From an uncultured Candidatus Saccharibacteria bacterium (GTDB lineage: Bacteria > Patescibacteriota > Doudnabacteria > UBA920), in the NCBI GenBank assembly GCA_964477745.1, contig CAYZEI010000001.1, positions 64,393-128,392 on the forward strand: 64,000 bases of DNA. Reading direction: 5' to 3'. Positions 1-9,829 of the stretch are shown piece after piece; position 1 is the first letter of the stretch, and each line of letters starts with the position of its first letter. The notes below the pieces were generated by a model. The model was not told the DNA's origin. It worked only from the letters and a program-made list of their open reading frames with translations, and did no database searches. The position numbers and the translations under genes were made by a program.

Positions 1-137
1 TTCACAAAATCCAAAATAAACTCTTCACCGGTATGGGCAATTTGTGCCATATTGGCATAAGCTCCGCGCAAAACTTCGTCGGAAACTTTCACTTGGATTT
101 GCTGATCACCGGCTCCCTGATTATTTATATTTGTCAT
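1..137 (-). CDS. Partial gene (N-terminal part only, runs off window start); product resembles small DUF3467-like proteins (MTNINNQGAGDQQIQVKVSDEVLRGAYANMAQIAHTGEEFILDF...)
   Basis: ATG at 137..135 on minus strand, open frame to window edge; family assignment from memory of DUF3467 N-terminal motif, not verified. Confidence 0.35.
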   Translation of the reverse strand, partial: MTNINNQGAGDQQIQVKVSDEVLRGAYANMAQIAHTGEEFILDFV

Positions 138-141
138 AATA

Positions 142-885
142 TTATTTGTTAGCTGCGGCTTGATTAGCTTTCAACTGGTTTAACTCAAAGTCACAAAACT
201 TAGTTTTAATATAATCAATGCTTTGACCCCAAAGAGCAACGGGCTTTTCCACACTTTCATTCATAATACAGCCAAACTCTTCGTTGTGCTCCAAACCAAG
301 CTGATGGCCGAACTCATGAAGCAAAGTAGATTCTACGTATTCTGTCTCTGCCCCCGGATAACCGGAAGTAACTTCCTTTACCCTTTTATTGGATAAAACC
401 ATTGCGTATTCATTGTACGTCTTTGCAATTTCTGTGCCTTCGCGCTCAAAATCATCCGCGTAAATTATAAATAGATTCGGCTGTCCGGAAATAGTTTGCT
501 TACGATGCAGGGCAATTTCTTTTCCTATGTCGGCATCGGTCAAAACTCCATTTGGCACTTCTTCATAATTGAATACTGTGGCATACCTCCCGATATATTT
601 TTGAATATCTTCGGCAAAATTATCCAGAGCCTTTTGATCAATATCAATATTCTTGGCCGACACAACTTCAACCACAATAGAAGAATTACCTTTTAAATAC
701 CAATCTCTGGCATCTCCGTAATTATGCATCCCCAAAATACTTCGCATAAACTGAGAAGAACCCAGCTTATACCGATACGTTTTGTTAAAGCTACTATTTA
801 CGTCTCCTAAAATTTGAACTTTTAGGTATATAAATACACCTAAAATCAAAATTATTATAAGGAGCAAAAAGGTTTTCCAGGACAT
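142..885 (-). CDS. Membrane-anchored zinc metalloprotease (metzincin-type HEFGHQLGLEH motif)
   Basis: N-terminal TM helix; HExxHxxGxxH zinc-binding signature near C-terminus. Confidence 0.65.
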   Translation of the reverse strand: MSWKTFLLLIIILILGVFIYLKVQILGDVNSSFNKTYRYKLGSSQFMRSILGMHNYGDARDWYLKGNSSIVVEVVSAKNIDIDQKALDNFAEDIQKYIGRYATVFNYEEVPNGVLTDADIGKEIALHRKQTISGQPNLFIIYADDFEREGTEIAKTYNEYAMVLSNKRVKEVTSGYPGAETEYVESTLLHEFGHQLGLEHNEEFGCIMNESVEKPVALWGQSIDYIKTKFCDFELNQLKANQAAANK

Positions 886-912
886 AGATTTTTATTTAAG
901 GTTTTTGTCTGA

Positions 913-2781
913 CTATTGTTTTGGAACTTCTTTAAACTCTGCGTCTACCGGCCCTTGCTCCCCTGCTTTTGCAGAATCTGCCGGTGCCTCTTCCGACTTC
1001 TGATTCTCCGATTTTCCGGTCTCGTACATTGCCGCGCCGACTTTTTGTACGGCTTCGGATAACTCGTCCATGGCTTTCTTTAAAGCTTCCACATCGTCTT
1101 TGTCTTTAATGTCTTTTAAAGCTTTAATTTTTTCTTCTACCGCGGTCTTGTCTTCGGCCTTGGCTTTGTCCCCGGCGTCTTTTAAGGTTTTTTCCGAAAC
1201 GGAAATTAAAGTATCAGCCTGGTTTCGCATATCTACGGTCTCTTTGCGCTTGCGATCTTCGGCGGCATGAGTCTCGGCTTCTTTTTTCATTCGTTCAATT
1301 TCATCTTTGTTTAAATTGGAAGAGCCTTGAATGGTAATTTTATTTTCTTTACCGGTTGCCTTGTCTTTAGCATGCACGCTTAAAATTCCGTTGGCATCAA
1401 TATCAAAAGTTACCTCCACCTGAGGCACTCCCCGAGGCGCCGGCGGAATTCCGTCTAAAATAAAGTTGCCCAAAGTTTTGTTGTCTTTGGCAAATTCGCG
1501 CTCTCCCTGCAGTACATGAATTTCCACAGAGGTTTGGTTATCGGCCGCGGTAGAAAAAGTTTGGCTTTTGGAAGTTGGGATAGTGGTATTGCGATCTATT
1601 AACGGAGTGCGCACACCGCCTAAAGTTTCCAAACCTAAAGTCAATGGAGTGACATCCAGCAATAAAATTTCCTTGCTTTGTACGTCACCACCCAAAATCC
1701 CGGCTTGAATGGCAGCTCCCTTGGCTACCGCTTCCATAGGGTCAATTCCACCTTCGGCCTGTTTGCCGATATAGTCTTCCACAAATTTCTTTACAGAAGG
1801 CATTCTGGTCGGTCCGCCGATTAAGATAATTTTGTCTATATTTTGCGGAGACAATTTGGCGTCGGTAATTGCTTGCTCCACCGGATGACGCATTTTATCC
1901 ACCAAAGGTTTAATTAGCTCTTCCATTTTAGTGCGAGTAATCTTCATGGCAAAATGCTTCGGTCCATTGGCGTCGGCGGTCATAAACGGCAAGTTGATGT
2001 CGGTTTCCATAGTGGTAGATAACTCAATCTTGGCTTTTTCCGCGGCTTCGCGAATTCGGTTCATGGCCATTTTATCACCGGTAATATCCACTCCACTTTC
2101 ATTTTTAAAAGTAGCAACTAAATAATCTATTAACGCTTTGTCCATATCTTTACCGCCCAAAGCAGTGTCTCCGGAAGTGGAAAGAACTTCAAAAGTCGCT
2201 TGTCCATCGCTTTCCGAAAAATCCATAATCGTCACGTCCAAGGTTCCACCACCCAAGTCAAACACTAATATTTTTTGATCTTTAGAAGAAGTTTTATCCA
2301 AGCCATAGGCAAAAGCCGCGGCTGTCGGTTCGTTAATAACGCGAACCACTTCCAGTCCTGCAATTTCTCCGGCGTTTTTGGTGGCTTGTCTTTGGCTGTC
2401 ATCAAAATAAGCCGGAACAGTAATAACCGCTTTAGAAACCGGTGCACCCAAAAAGGTTTCGGCGTCTTTTTTTATTTTTTGCAAAATAAACGCAGAAATT
2501 TGTTCCGGGGTATAATCTTTTCCATTCACATGAAAATTAAACTTCTGACCCATTTTACGTTTGGCTTCAAAAATAGTGCCTTCCGGATTTGTTACCGCTT
2601 GTCTTCTGGCCGGTTCCCCGACGAGCAATTGACCTTCTTTAGTAAAAGCCACGTAAGACGGAAAAGCTTTCCCGCCTAAGGAAGCGCCTTCAGCCGCCGG
2701 AATAATTACCGCTTTCCCCGCTTCCATAACGCTTGCAGCGCTGTTGGAAGTCCCTAAATCTATCCCAATAATTTTACTCAT
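913..2781 (-). CDS. dnaK: Molecular chaperone DnaK (Hsp70)
   Basis: [14 protein letters not shown]..., DLGGGTLDV, full-length Hsp70 with C-terminal EEVKD-like tail; start chosen at [10 protein letters not shown] (ATG 2781..2779) rather than upstream in-frame extension. Confidence 0.95.
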   Translation of the reverse strand: MSKIIGIDLGTSNSAASVMEAGKAVIIPAAEGASLGGKAFPSYVAFTKEGQLLVGEPARRQAVTNPEGTIFEAKRKMGQKFNFHVNGKDYTPEQISAFILQKIKKDAETFLGAPVSKAVITVPAYFDDSQRQATKNAGEIAGLEVVRVINEPTAAAFAYGLDKTSSKDQKILVFDLGGGTLDVTIMDFSESDGQATFEVLSTSGDTALGGKDMDKALIDYLVATFKNESGVDITGDKMAMNRIREAAEKAKIELSTTMETDINLPFMTADANGPKHFAMKITRTKMEELIKPLVDKMRHPVEQAITDAKLSPQNIDKIILIGGPTRMPSVKKFVEDYIGKQAEGGIDPMEAVAKGAAIQAGILGGDVQSKEILLLDVTPLTLGLETLGGVRTPLIDRNTTIPTSKSQTFSTAADNQTSVEIHVLQGEREFAKDNKTLGNFILDGIPPAPRGVPQVEVTFDIDANGILSVHAKDKATGKENKITIQGSSNLNKDEIERMKKEAETHAAEDRKRKETVDMRNQADTLISVSEKTLKDAGDKAKAEDKTAVEEKIKALKDIKDKDDVEALKKAMDELSEAVQKVGAAMYETGKSENQKSEEAPADSAKAGEQGPVDAEFKEVPKQ

Positions 2782-2992
2782 AATTCTTTCTCCTTGTCCC
2801 CTGCAATCTTCCTCTCCCTTAAGGACTGAGGTTAGATGAGGGTGATATAAATTTGATAATTTAAATTTTTCTTGATTCCTGATCAAGCCTGTCTGCCGAT
2901 AGGCAGGTCCGGAATGACACTACTTCGCTAAAGCTACGAAGTGCAAGCACCTTAATTCTATCTACTAAATACTATATACTAGCTACTAGTTT

Positions 2993-3286
2993 TTACAGTT
3001 CTTCTATATCCAATTTCTTAAATTGCCCTAAAGTTAGACCGGTAATTTTTTTGCTGGCAAATAACTTTTTGGAAATCGGAAACTGGTCGTGAAATTCGTC
3101 TTTTAAGTACACAAATACATTTCCTTCGCTACCGTCAATGCTACGCTTCATATGCAAAATAATTTTATTCTTGTTTAGCGCTTTGCCGGTAATTACACAG
3201 TCGGTATCATCTAACACTTTTATGCTTTTTGCTTTGTCGTCCATTTCCATAATTCCGCCTACTTCAAACATTTCTTTGATCAACAT
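2993..3286 (-). CDS. Hypothetical 97-aa protein encoded between grpE and dnaK
   Basis: ORF in operon position; no recognisable motif. Confidence 0.4.
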   Translation of the reverse strand: MLIKEMFEVGGIMEMDDKAKSIKVLDDTDCVITGKALNKNKIILHMKRSIDGSEGNVFVYLKDEFHDQFPISKKLFASKKITGLTLGQFKKLDIEEL

Positions 3287-3352
3287 AAATTCCTTTCTAC
3301 TAACTGTTAAAAACTTGTTACTGATTACTTGCTCCCTGTTATTTGTTATTTG

Positions 3353-3874
3353 TTATTTGTTATTTGTTATTTGCTTACTGATTACCACCTGGCTGGGACG
3401 AATAACTTTGCCGTTTAGTTCAAACCCGGATTGTAATTCGCTTAAAATAATTCCGTCATCTTCTTCCGACTCCTGTTCGCGAATAGCTTCGTGAAAGTGC
3501 GGGTCAAACTTTTTACCTATTGCCTCTATCTTTTTCACTCCCAACTCTTCTAAAGTTTTATCTAACTGGATAATTATTCCATTTACTCCTGTTTGCCAAT
3601 TCAAATATCTTTTACCAAAATCTCCATCCGATTCTCCGACTTCCGACTTCTGATATTCCGGCATATGTTTTAGAGCTTGCTCCAAAGTATCCAATGTCGG
3701 CAAGAGTTTGGCTACTGTAACTTCACGGGCGAATTCCACCAATTCTTTATTTTCCCCCTCTTTGCGCCGTTTATAGTTTTCAAAATCCGCCATGGCACGC
3801 TTCCATGCATTTGTGGTGTCTTCTAAATCCGATTGAAGTTTTTCAATTGTTATTTCTTCATTTTCTTCTGCCAT
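3353..3874 (-). CDS. grpE: Nucleotide exchange factor GrpE
   Basis: Typical GrpE coiled-coil N-term and C-terminal beta domain (…LLPTLDTLEQAL…NGKVIRPSQVVISK). Confidence 0.9.
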   Translation of the reverse strand: MAEENEEITIEKLQSDLEDTTNAWKRAMADFENYKRRKEGENKELVEFAREVTVAKLLPTLDTLEQALKHMPEYQKSEVGESDGDFGKRYLNWQTGVNGIIIQLDKTLEELGVKKIEAIGKKFDPHFHEAIREQESEEDDGIILSELQSGFELNGKVIRPSQVVISKQITNNK

Positions 3875-3933
3875 GCTAACTTCCTATCATACTAGCATTT
3901 TAACAATGCTTTCCTTGTTAAAATGTTAAGATG

Positions 3934-4680
3934 TTACTTTGTTAAAATAAACATTATTACTGCCGCTCCTCCACCAAGTAATTTGGCAATATACTCCATT
4001 AAACTCATATTTTTTTCATACTTCATTGACTTTGGCCCCACCAAACCGATAATTCCTTTTTTCCCGGAAGGTAACTGCAGACCCGAAACTATCATAGAGT
4101 AATCACTGGTTTTGGAAAGTTCAATTTCTTTACCAATCATGGCCTTTGGCCCTTTGCCGGAATAGTCATGCATCATTTTTTCCGCGTGCTCGTCCAGGTT
4201 ATCAAAAAACTTGGCAATTTCCCGCGCGTCTTCCGAAGGTAAGGCCGGATTATTTAAAATATTGGACATGCCCATGGTGGATATTTCGTTGTCAAAAAGC
4301 GCAAAGCTGGCTGACTGACTGTGATCGGAAAGTAATTTGGTTAAACGCCGGCCCATTTCCATATGCACCATTTGGAGTTTTACCAATTCACGTTTTAAAG
4401 AGTCTTGTTCTTTTAAGGTCAGCTTAACCCGATCCATTAATTCATTTACAAAAAACCGGAAACCCTTATCTGTGGGCACTCGCCCGGCTGAAGTGTGCGG
4501 TTGTTTTATATACCCGGATTTTTCCAGTTCCTGCATTTCATTGCGAATGGTCGGGGCAGATACGCCAAAATTATATTTTTCCGCCAAATCACCACTGGCC
4601 ACGGGTTGGCCATTGTCACAATTTTCCTTCACAATTGCAGCTAGAATTTTTGCTTGGCGTTGAGTAATTTCGTTAGTCAT
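3934..4680 (-). CDS. hrcA: Heat-inducible transcription repressor HrcA
   Basis: N-terminal winged-helix (LAEKYNFGVSAPTIRNEMQELEKSGYI), HrcA-length; ATG at 4680 preferred over TTG at 4695. Confidence 0.9.
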   Translation of the reverse strand: MTNEITQRQAKILAAIVKENCDNGQPVASGDLAEKYNFGVSAPTIRNEMQELEKSGYIKQPHTSAGRVPTDKGFRFFVNELMDRVKLTLKEQDSLKRELVKLQMVHMEMGRRLTKLLSDHSQSASFALFDNEISTMGMSNILNNPALPSEDAREIAKFFDNLDEHAEKMMHDYSGKGPKAMIGKEIELSKTSDYSMIVSGLQLPSGKKGIIGLVGPKSMKYEKNMSLMEYIAKLLGGGAAVIMFILTK

Positions 4681-4705
4681 ATTCCTAAATATCAACTAAT
4701 ACAAA

Positions 4706-4739
4706 AGAGTGCTAAATGCATTTTAGCATTTAGCACTCT
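4706..4739 (-). promoter_or_regulatory. CIRCE-like inverted repeat (AGAGTGCTAAATGC-N6-GCATTTAGCACTCT) upstream of hrcA
   Basis: Perfect 14-bp arms containing the CIRCE half-sites GAGTGCTAA / TTAGCACTC, ~30 nt upstream of hrcA start. Confidence 0.65.
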
Positions 4740-4809
4740 AAGGTGTCAAGTGATAATTCTATTAAAATTTACCTCTGTTTTTAAGGCAAATTATTCGGAA
4801 AAAACCCTT

Positions 4810-5406
4810 TTATTGAATCTCCCCTGTTACCACCCAGCGAGCCAAGGCTGTACCGACCGGATATGAGGTCTGCAGGGTAATCAACTTTTTAGTATTCCCT
4901 TTTTGGTCTAAGACAGAAAGATCGTTCGCCGAAACTCGCCGACTGCTTGTTACCACATAAGTAAATTTATTTCCGTTTTCATCGCTAATATTTATTTCCG
5001 CACCAAGACTAATGGATGGCAAAACCGCGAACACCGTTTTATACTTGCCCTGATTCCAAAAAAAATCCGAGGAGTGACCAAAAAAATATGCATTACCTAA
5101 GTCCCCGGGATTAGAAGTCCCCGGAAAATGAACAACCCCTTGCTCCAATGCTTTTTGATATACCGTTTCCGAATTTTCGGTAACATAAACAACCGGCGCG
5201 GAAATATTCAGACTTGAAATTTCCAATCGGTTTGCCTGCATTTTTTTTGGGATACGCTTGTAGGATTCAGAAAATACATAAACATAAGTTCTCCCGCCAA
5301 ACAAGTATCGAAAATTTGCTAAAAAATAATTAAAATTTAAAACCAAAATCACCACGGGTAAAATACCTATTAAAATACCTATTTTTCTTTTTTTAGATAA
5401 TCCCAT
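4810..5406 (-). CDS. Sortase-like transpeptidase homologue (TLQTSYP in place of TLxTC)
   Basis: N-terminal TM anchor, conserved His (FFGHSS) and Arg (LARW) positions, TLxT[S]xP where catalytic Cys expected; adjacent to LPXTG protein. Confidence 0.55.
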   Translation of the reverse strand: MGLSKKRKIGILIGILPVVILVLNFNYFLANFRYLFGGRTYVYVFSESYKRIPKKMQANRLEISSLNISAPVVYVTENSETVYQKALEQGVVHFPGTSNPGDLGNAYFFGHSSDFFWNQGKYKTVFAVLPSISLGAEINISDENGNKFTYVVTSSRRVSANDLSVLDQKGNTKKLITLQTSYPVGTALARWVVTGEIQ

Positions 5407-5473
5407 AGTTTTAATTATACCATTTTAAAAGTCCGACCCGATATTATCAGGGCGGACTTTTAAAATTTTCAGG

Positions 5474-7093
5474 TTAAACCAATTTAAGTTTTTTATCCGC
5501 TAAAACCAAGGCGATGCCGAATATCAACAAAATGTAGCCCACCGGCATTCCGGTTCTCGGTAAAGTTGTGGAAGCTCCTAATACTTGAGGAACCGGATTA
5601 CTGGTTGCCACAGCAGGAACATCTGTTGATGCTCCTAATACCATAGGCGACCCCGTGGTTACTAAAGTTGGAGTAACACCGCCACCGGAAGGAATTCCAC
5701 TTCCACCACTACTTCCTCCCCCGCCGCTTCCTCCGCTACCGCCACCTGATATTGTGGACACGCTTAGCTCAACACCAGTGACTTCCGGAGAGCCGTGAGA
5801 AACCGGGCGGAAAAAATAAGTTGAGCCGGCGGTTAATCCGGAAATAACTACGCTATGAGTGGTGATTAAACTCGCATCTTCTACCGAAGAATTTGCATAA
5901 CCATAATTAGCATCACTTCCTAAAACCGAATGAGAAACCGTATCGTAAACTACGCGACTGGTTGCCGGATGGTTTGTGGTCCAAGTAATTGTGGCCGAAG
6001 TTTGACCAACTTCTCCCAATTGTTCACCGGAAATTTCCAAATTCCAAGTATTGGTAATTACACACTCTGTTTGAGAATCAACCAATACTCTTGTCGAACC
6101 CTCCGCGCAAGACTCACTAAAAGTTGTTGCATACCCTTCCGGTCCGGATTCGCTAACGGCATATCGGCCCGCAGTAAGCGTATAGGAAGTGCCGGTAACC
6201 GAGCCGGGCTGAGGACTGCCGACAACATCTTCAGAAACCTCTCCGACAGTTTTAACATGAATACTAAAATCAGATGAAGTTGCTGTTCCGCCAACAACCA
6301 ACTTTGAGACCTTCAAAGTTCCGGTTGAACCTTCGCCTTCTCCCCCACCGCTGGCTTTATCGGTAGCTTCCACTGTACAGGCGTTAATATCTCCTACTGC
6401 TATATTTCCGCTACAACCGGAAGAATAAGTAAAATCATACCCTGCGTCTGACGTGGAAATATCGTAAGCACCGGCATCCATGGTTATTAACGTCCCTAAG
6501 GAAGAGCCGGGAAAAGATGCTGAGCTAGGATTGGTGGCCGTAACATTAAAAGTAAAATCGCCGGCGGTTTTGGTTCCGCCATTGCTATTGGTAACGTTCA
6601 CCAACACATTTACACTGGGTGCATATGCCGTGTTGGTTACGGTACAAGTTTTAGTGTCTTCCCCTAGAGTGATTGAAGAGGAACAATTATCATAAGATGT
6701 AATATAGCCCGGAACAGCAACTTCAGTAACCCGATAATTTCCGTTCAGTGAAAAATTAAACGGCACACCGGTTTCGCTACCGACAAAATCCTGATTCACA
6801 ATTAAAGCTCCCGGCATAGTTGGGATGTATCGTAAATGCAAATTAAAATCACCGGCAGTTTTGGTACCGCCGAAATTATTTACCACATGCTTTACCACCG
6901 TTAAATTGGACACGGCAACAGCCTGAACCGGAGTTCGTCCGTACATAACTATTAAGGCGACAATTAATAACCCGCCGACTAATTTATTCCAAGCAATAGG
7001 CTCGTAAGAATTCCTTACGGCATCACCATAAACTCTTCGTACTGCAATCCCTTGCTTGGTATGTTTGATTGTGATTTTTGATTTTTTTATCAT
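5474..7093 (-). CDS. Cell-surface protein with C-terminal LPRTG sorting signal and repeated NGGTKTAGDF beta-domains
   Basis: N-terminal TM/signal, Gly/Ser linker, LPRTG + hydrophobic stretch + KKLKLV tail. Confidence 0.7.
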   Translation of the reverse strand: MIKKSKITIKHTKQGIAVRRVYGDAVRNSYEPIAWNKLVGGLLIVALIVMYGRTPVQAVAVSNLTVVKHVVNNFGGTKTAGDFNLHLRYIPTMPGALIVNQDFVGSETGVPFNFSLNGNYRVTEVAVPGYITSYDNCSSSITLGEDTKTCTVTNTAYAPSVNVLVNVTNSNGGTKTAGDFTFNVTATNPSSASFPGSSLGTLITMDAGAYDISTSDAGYDFTYSSGCSGNIAVGDINACTVEATDKASGGGEGEGSTGTLKVSKLVVGGTATSSDFSIHVKTVGEVSEDVVGSPQPGSVTGTSYTLTAGRYAVSESGPEGYATTFSESCAEGSTRVLVDSQTECVITNTWNLEISGEQLGEVGQTSATITWTTNHPATSRVVYDTVSHSVLGSDANYGYANSSVEDASLITTHSVVISGLTAGSTYFFRPVSHGSPEVTGVELSVSTISGGGSGGSGGGGSSGGSGIPSGGGVTPTLVTTGSPMVLGASTDVPAVATSNPVPQVLGASTTLPRTGMPVGYILLIFGIALVLADKKLKLV

Positions 7094-7413
7094 AAGTTTT
7101 ATTTAACTGATTAATTGCCTAAAGCCACTATTAATAGTGACTAATATAAGCAATACTAATGTCTGTTAGACAATTTTATCACAATTATGTTGTAACTTAC
7201 AAGCATTTTAGTGTATAACCTGTTGATGATTGGTGCTAATTAAAAATGCTTATAATTAAAAGCGAAATTGCCCTTAAGAAGGGTTTACAAACCACAAAAA
7301 ATTTGGTAAAATTATAAATCTTGTCGAATGTTCGGACGGCAAGAAATGTCCTGGGTAGCTTTTCTCAATTGAGCCCAGGAATCCTCTATTCCGAACCAGG
7401 AGGAGGGCTGGAG

Positions 7414-7965
7414 ATGATCCATCCCCAGAAGAGTGGTTACCGTGCGGTAGCCATATTCACTCTCGTCTTGGTTGCCGTGGTGCTTTGCGCCCCGGTCGCC
7501 ACAGGCGCGCCAATCAATCTCTATAACACGTTGGACAACACAGCCACCGGGCTGATTTGCACGACGTGTACACCAATCGCTACCAGTGGCCAAGTGGTCT
7601 CTGGATACGCGATCGGGTCTTCGGACCCGAACATCAACAACACAGGAGCGTGGCTGTTCGCGTTGATCTTCCCTGACCTTGGAGGAACTGACGCGGGTCT
7701 TGCAGACCACGTTAAATTGCTAACCGGGGCATCCATGCCAATGCTTGCCCAAGTGTTGATTGATCCCCACACCACCTTCACAGGAACCTCTTCCGGCGGC
7801 ACCTACACCGTTGGAGACGCCTCCTACGTTGTCCACATTGTCAGCGGTGGTAATGGAGGTGGCGGTGGCGGCAACGATCCGGGCGGACAGGTGCCGGAAC
7901 CTGCCAGCGTCGGACTCGTTGGCGCCGGAATCGGCGCAATCTTGTACTCCCGCTTCCGGCGGTAG
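7414..7965 (+). CDS. Secreted protein with PEP-CTERM sorting signal (VPEPASVGLVGAGIGAILYSRFRR)
   Basis: AGGAGGG RBS 7 nt upstream of ATG, signal peptide, Gly-rich linker, canonical PEP + TM + RR C-terminus; locally GC-rich. Confidence 0.6.
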   Translation: MIHPQKSGYRAVAIFTLVLVAVVLCAPVATGAPINLYNTLDNTATGLICTTCTPIATSGQVVSGYAIGSSDPNINNTGAWLFALIFPDLGGTDAGLADHVKLLTGASMPMLAQVLIDPHTTFTGTSSGGTYTVGDASYVVHIVSGGNGGGGGGNDPGGQVPEPASVGLVGAGIGAILYSRFRR

Positions 7966-8038
7966 AATTATTTGGAACGGAAGGAGGAGCCGTTTCAAAC
8001 TTTTAGGAGGATACTAACTTACCCTTAATTGGGCTTTC

Positions 8039-8072
8039 GCCGGAGTACATCCGTATGTACTCCGGCTTTTTT
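8039..8072 (+). terminator. Rho-independent terminator after PEP-CTERM gene
   Basis: GCCGGAGTACATCCGTATGTACTCCGGC hairpin followed by TTTTTT. Confidence 0.65.
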
Positions 8073-8136
8073 ATTTTTCCCTAAAAAACAAAATCCCTCC
8101 CCCGTATAAACGGAGAAGGGATTTTAAAAATTTAAA

Positions 8137-8637
8137 CTAGCGGGTAATACATATTGGCGGATTTCCAACAGAAGATTCAACTGTGTAAGCACAAACTGTA
8201 ACTCTGCCAGTAGTTGCATCTTTAAATACATGATAGCCTGTATCATAAGAAGTCGGACTAACATAAGCAGCCACTGCAGGTGTTGTTGTGCTTGGATCAA
8301 AAGGCAAAGCTGAAATATAGGTCGGTACCAAACATGGAGCAATATCATATCCGGCAGAATTACCCATCCTTGTTGCTGCTGTCGGGATATCAGTTGTACA
8401 ACCAGTCCCTGTAAACACTCCTTTATTGTCAGCCATCCTTTGTCCGACTGCATTTAAAATTGCATTTACATTGCTTGTTCTTTGAGTATTTCTGGATAAA
8501 GCAAATTGTCTCGCCGGGTTAATGGCGATTAATACGATTACCGCCAAAATGGCAATAATACCGATAACCACCAAAATTTCAATAAGGGTAAACCCTTCTT
8601 GCTTTGAAGCTAAAAGCTTCTTCATATTTTTAGTCAT
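8137..8637 (-). CDS. Type IV pilin (prepilin; KQEG/FTLIEILVV class III signal)
   Basis: Prepilin leader ending in Gly followed by FTLIE and hydrophobic helix; own promoter region, likely major pilin; true start may be internal ATG at 8625. Confidence 0.8.
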   Translation of the reverse strand: MTKNMKKLLASKQEGFTLIEILVVIGIIAILAVIVLIAINPARQFALSRNTQRTSNVNAILNAVGQRMADNKGVFTGTGCTTDIPTAATRMGNSAGYDIAPCLVPTYISALPFDPSTTTPAVAAYVSPTSYDTGYHVFKDATTGRVTVCAYTVESSVGNPPICITR

Positions 8638-8859
8638 ACCTTTAAATTTAATTAATTCTAAATTTGAACTTTTATATTTTTGGCCAAACTGCGGTCAAAA
8701 TTAATCTTTAATAATGTACAGAATTTATATCACGTCCTATAAAAAATGTCCAGCCTTTATTTATGCCAAACTTTAAGTTTTTTCTGCAAAATAAAGGGGA
8801 AATTTTGTCTCTTATCGACCGTTTAATTTTTAAGAGACTTAAAATATCGATTTATAAAC

Positions 8860-9321
8860 TTAAGAACAAACATCCGTAAAATTTGGGGCGGTAAATTTTG
8901 GGCATTCTACCCATGAAATAGTTTTAAAATTATTTGCCGGATCCACTGTAATTAATAAATTTGTATAACTACCTTGGTACTGCGCTTGGGTTCTGACCTC
9001 TTTGTAAGCGCCGTTAGTGAACACACCGGCAATTACACAAGATTGTCCGGCACTAACTAAAACGTTATCACCGCCTCCGGCCGGACTATAGCTCGAATTA
9101 TTTACTAAATTCAACAATGCCCTGTCTACACAAGCCTGTGCTAAAGAATAACTTCGTTCTTTATATTCGCTTTCTAAAATATTTACCCGGCTAAAATAAT
9201 TTATACTGCTTAAAGCAAAGCTAACGGTAACCAACAAAAGCGTAATAATAATTACGGAAGTAACCGCAATGTACCCCCGCTCGGTATTTTTGCCGTGTGT
9301 TTTTTTAGCGGTACTTATCAT
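8860..9321 (-). CDS. Pilin-like / minor pilin protein
   Basis: N-terminal hydrophobic helix, 4-nt overlap with upstream pseudopilin gene, in pilus operon. Confidence 0.5.
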   Translation of the reverse strand: MISTAKKTHGKNTERGYIAVTSVIIITLLLVTVSFALSSINYFSRVNILESEYKERSYSLAQACVDRALLNLVNNSSYSPAGGGDNVLVSAGQSCVIAGVFTNGAYKEVRTQAQYQGSYTNLLITVDPANNFKTISWVECPKFTAPNFTDVCS

Positions 9322-9788
9322 TTACGTATATATTTTGTTAATTTAAAATCTTGTCCGCTAATTTTAAAATATGCCGTCAACCAAATCTGAATTCCGTTGG
9401 TGTTTCTCACAAACGAAAAATCTGTAATTTGCACATTTTGACTATTTAAATTTTGGCCGTCCATTTGAACATTACTACCGATATTGGCAAAAGTTATTGA
9501 AACCGGTGACGCATACCGAGTGACAGTTAAGTGTTGCGGATCGGGCACAGAAATGTCAGAAGCGGAACCCATAGCCCAACCGATTTTTTTTAAAATAAAA
9601 TTGCCTTCCTGTTGAATCACAATCTTTTTCTGCACCTGATCGGCAGAAGCAATTGTCTGAAAAGTTACACCCAGCAGACTCCCAACCAACAAAGCAAAAA
9701 ATGCAATATAAATTAATGTCTCAATTAAGGTAAACCCGTCAGAAGGCTTGCAGGCAAATGTTAAACTGCGGGCAGTTTTGAATTTCAT
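9318..9788 (-). CDS. Prepilin-type pseudopilin (GFTLIETLIY)
   Basis: Class III signal motif G/FTLIE. Confidence 0.65.
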   Translation of the reverse strand: MKFKTARSLTFACKPSDGFTLIETLIYIAFFALLVGSLLGVTFQTIASADQVQKKIVIQQEGNFILKKIGWAMGSASDISVPDPQHLTVTRYASPVSITFANIGSNVQMDGQNLNSQNVQITDFSFVRNTNGIQIWLTAYFKISGQDFKLTKYIRK

Positions 9789-9829
9789 AAATATTTACGG
9801 TAAATCTTTTTTAAGATTATACTCCTACT

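Noticed and set aside
496-696. Many short ORFs in the six-frame track lying antisense to or inside confident genes (e.g. 496..696, 1070..1270, 1931..2125, 4146..4427, 13262..13657, 16512..16727, 25188..25440, 38489..38767, 39302..39583)
   Set aside because: They overlap well-supported genes on the opposite strand or in another frame, lack RBS signals, and have low-complexity translations typical of shadow ORFs.
7312-7998. Minus-strand ORFs 7312..7710, 7521..7802 and 7720..7998 in the GC-rich island
   Set aside because: High GC generates long spurious frames. The plus-strand frame has an RBS, a signal peptide and a PEP-CTERM terminus, so the antisense frames are treated as shadows.
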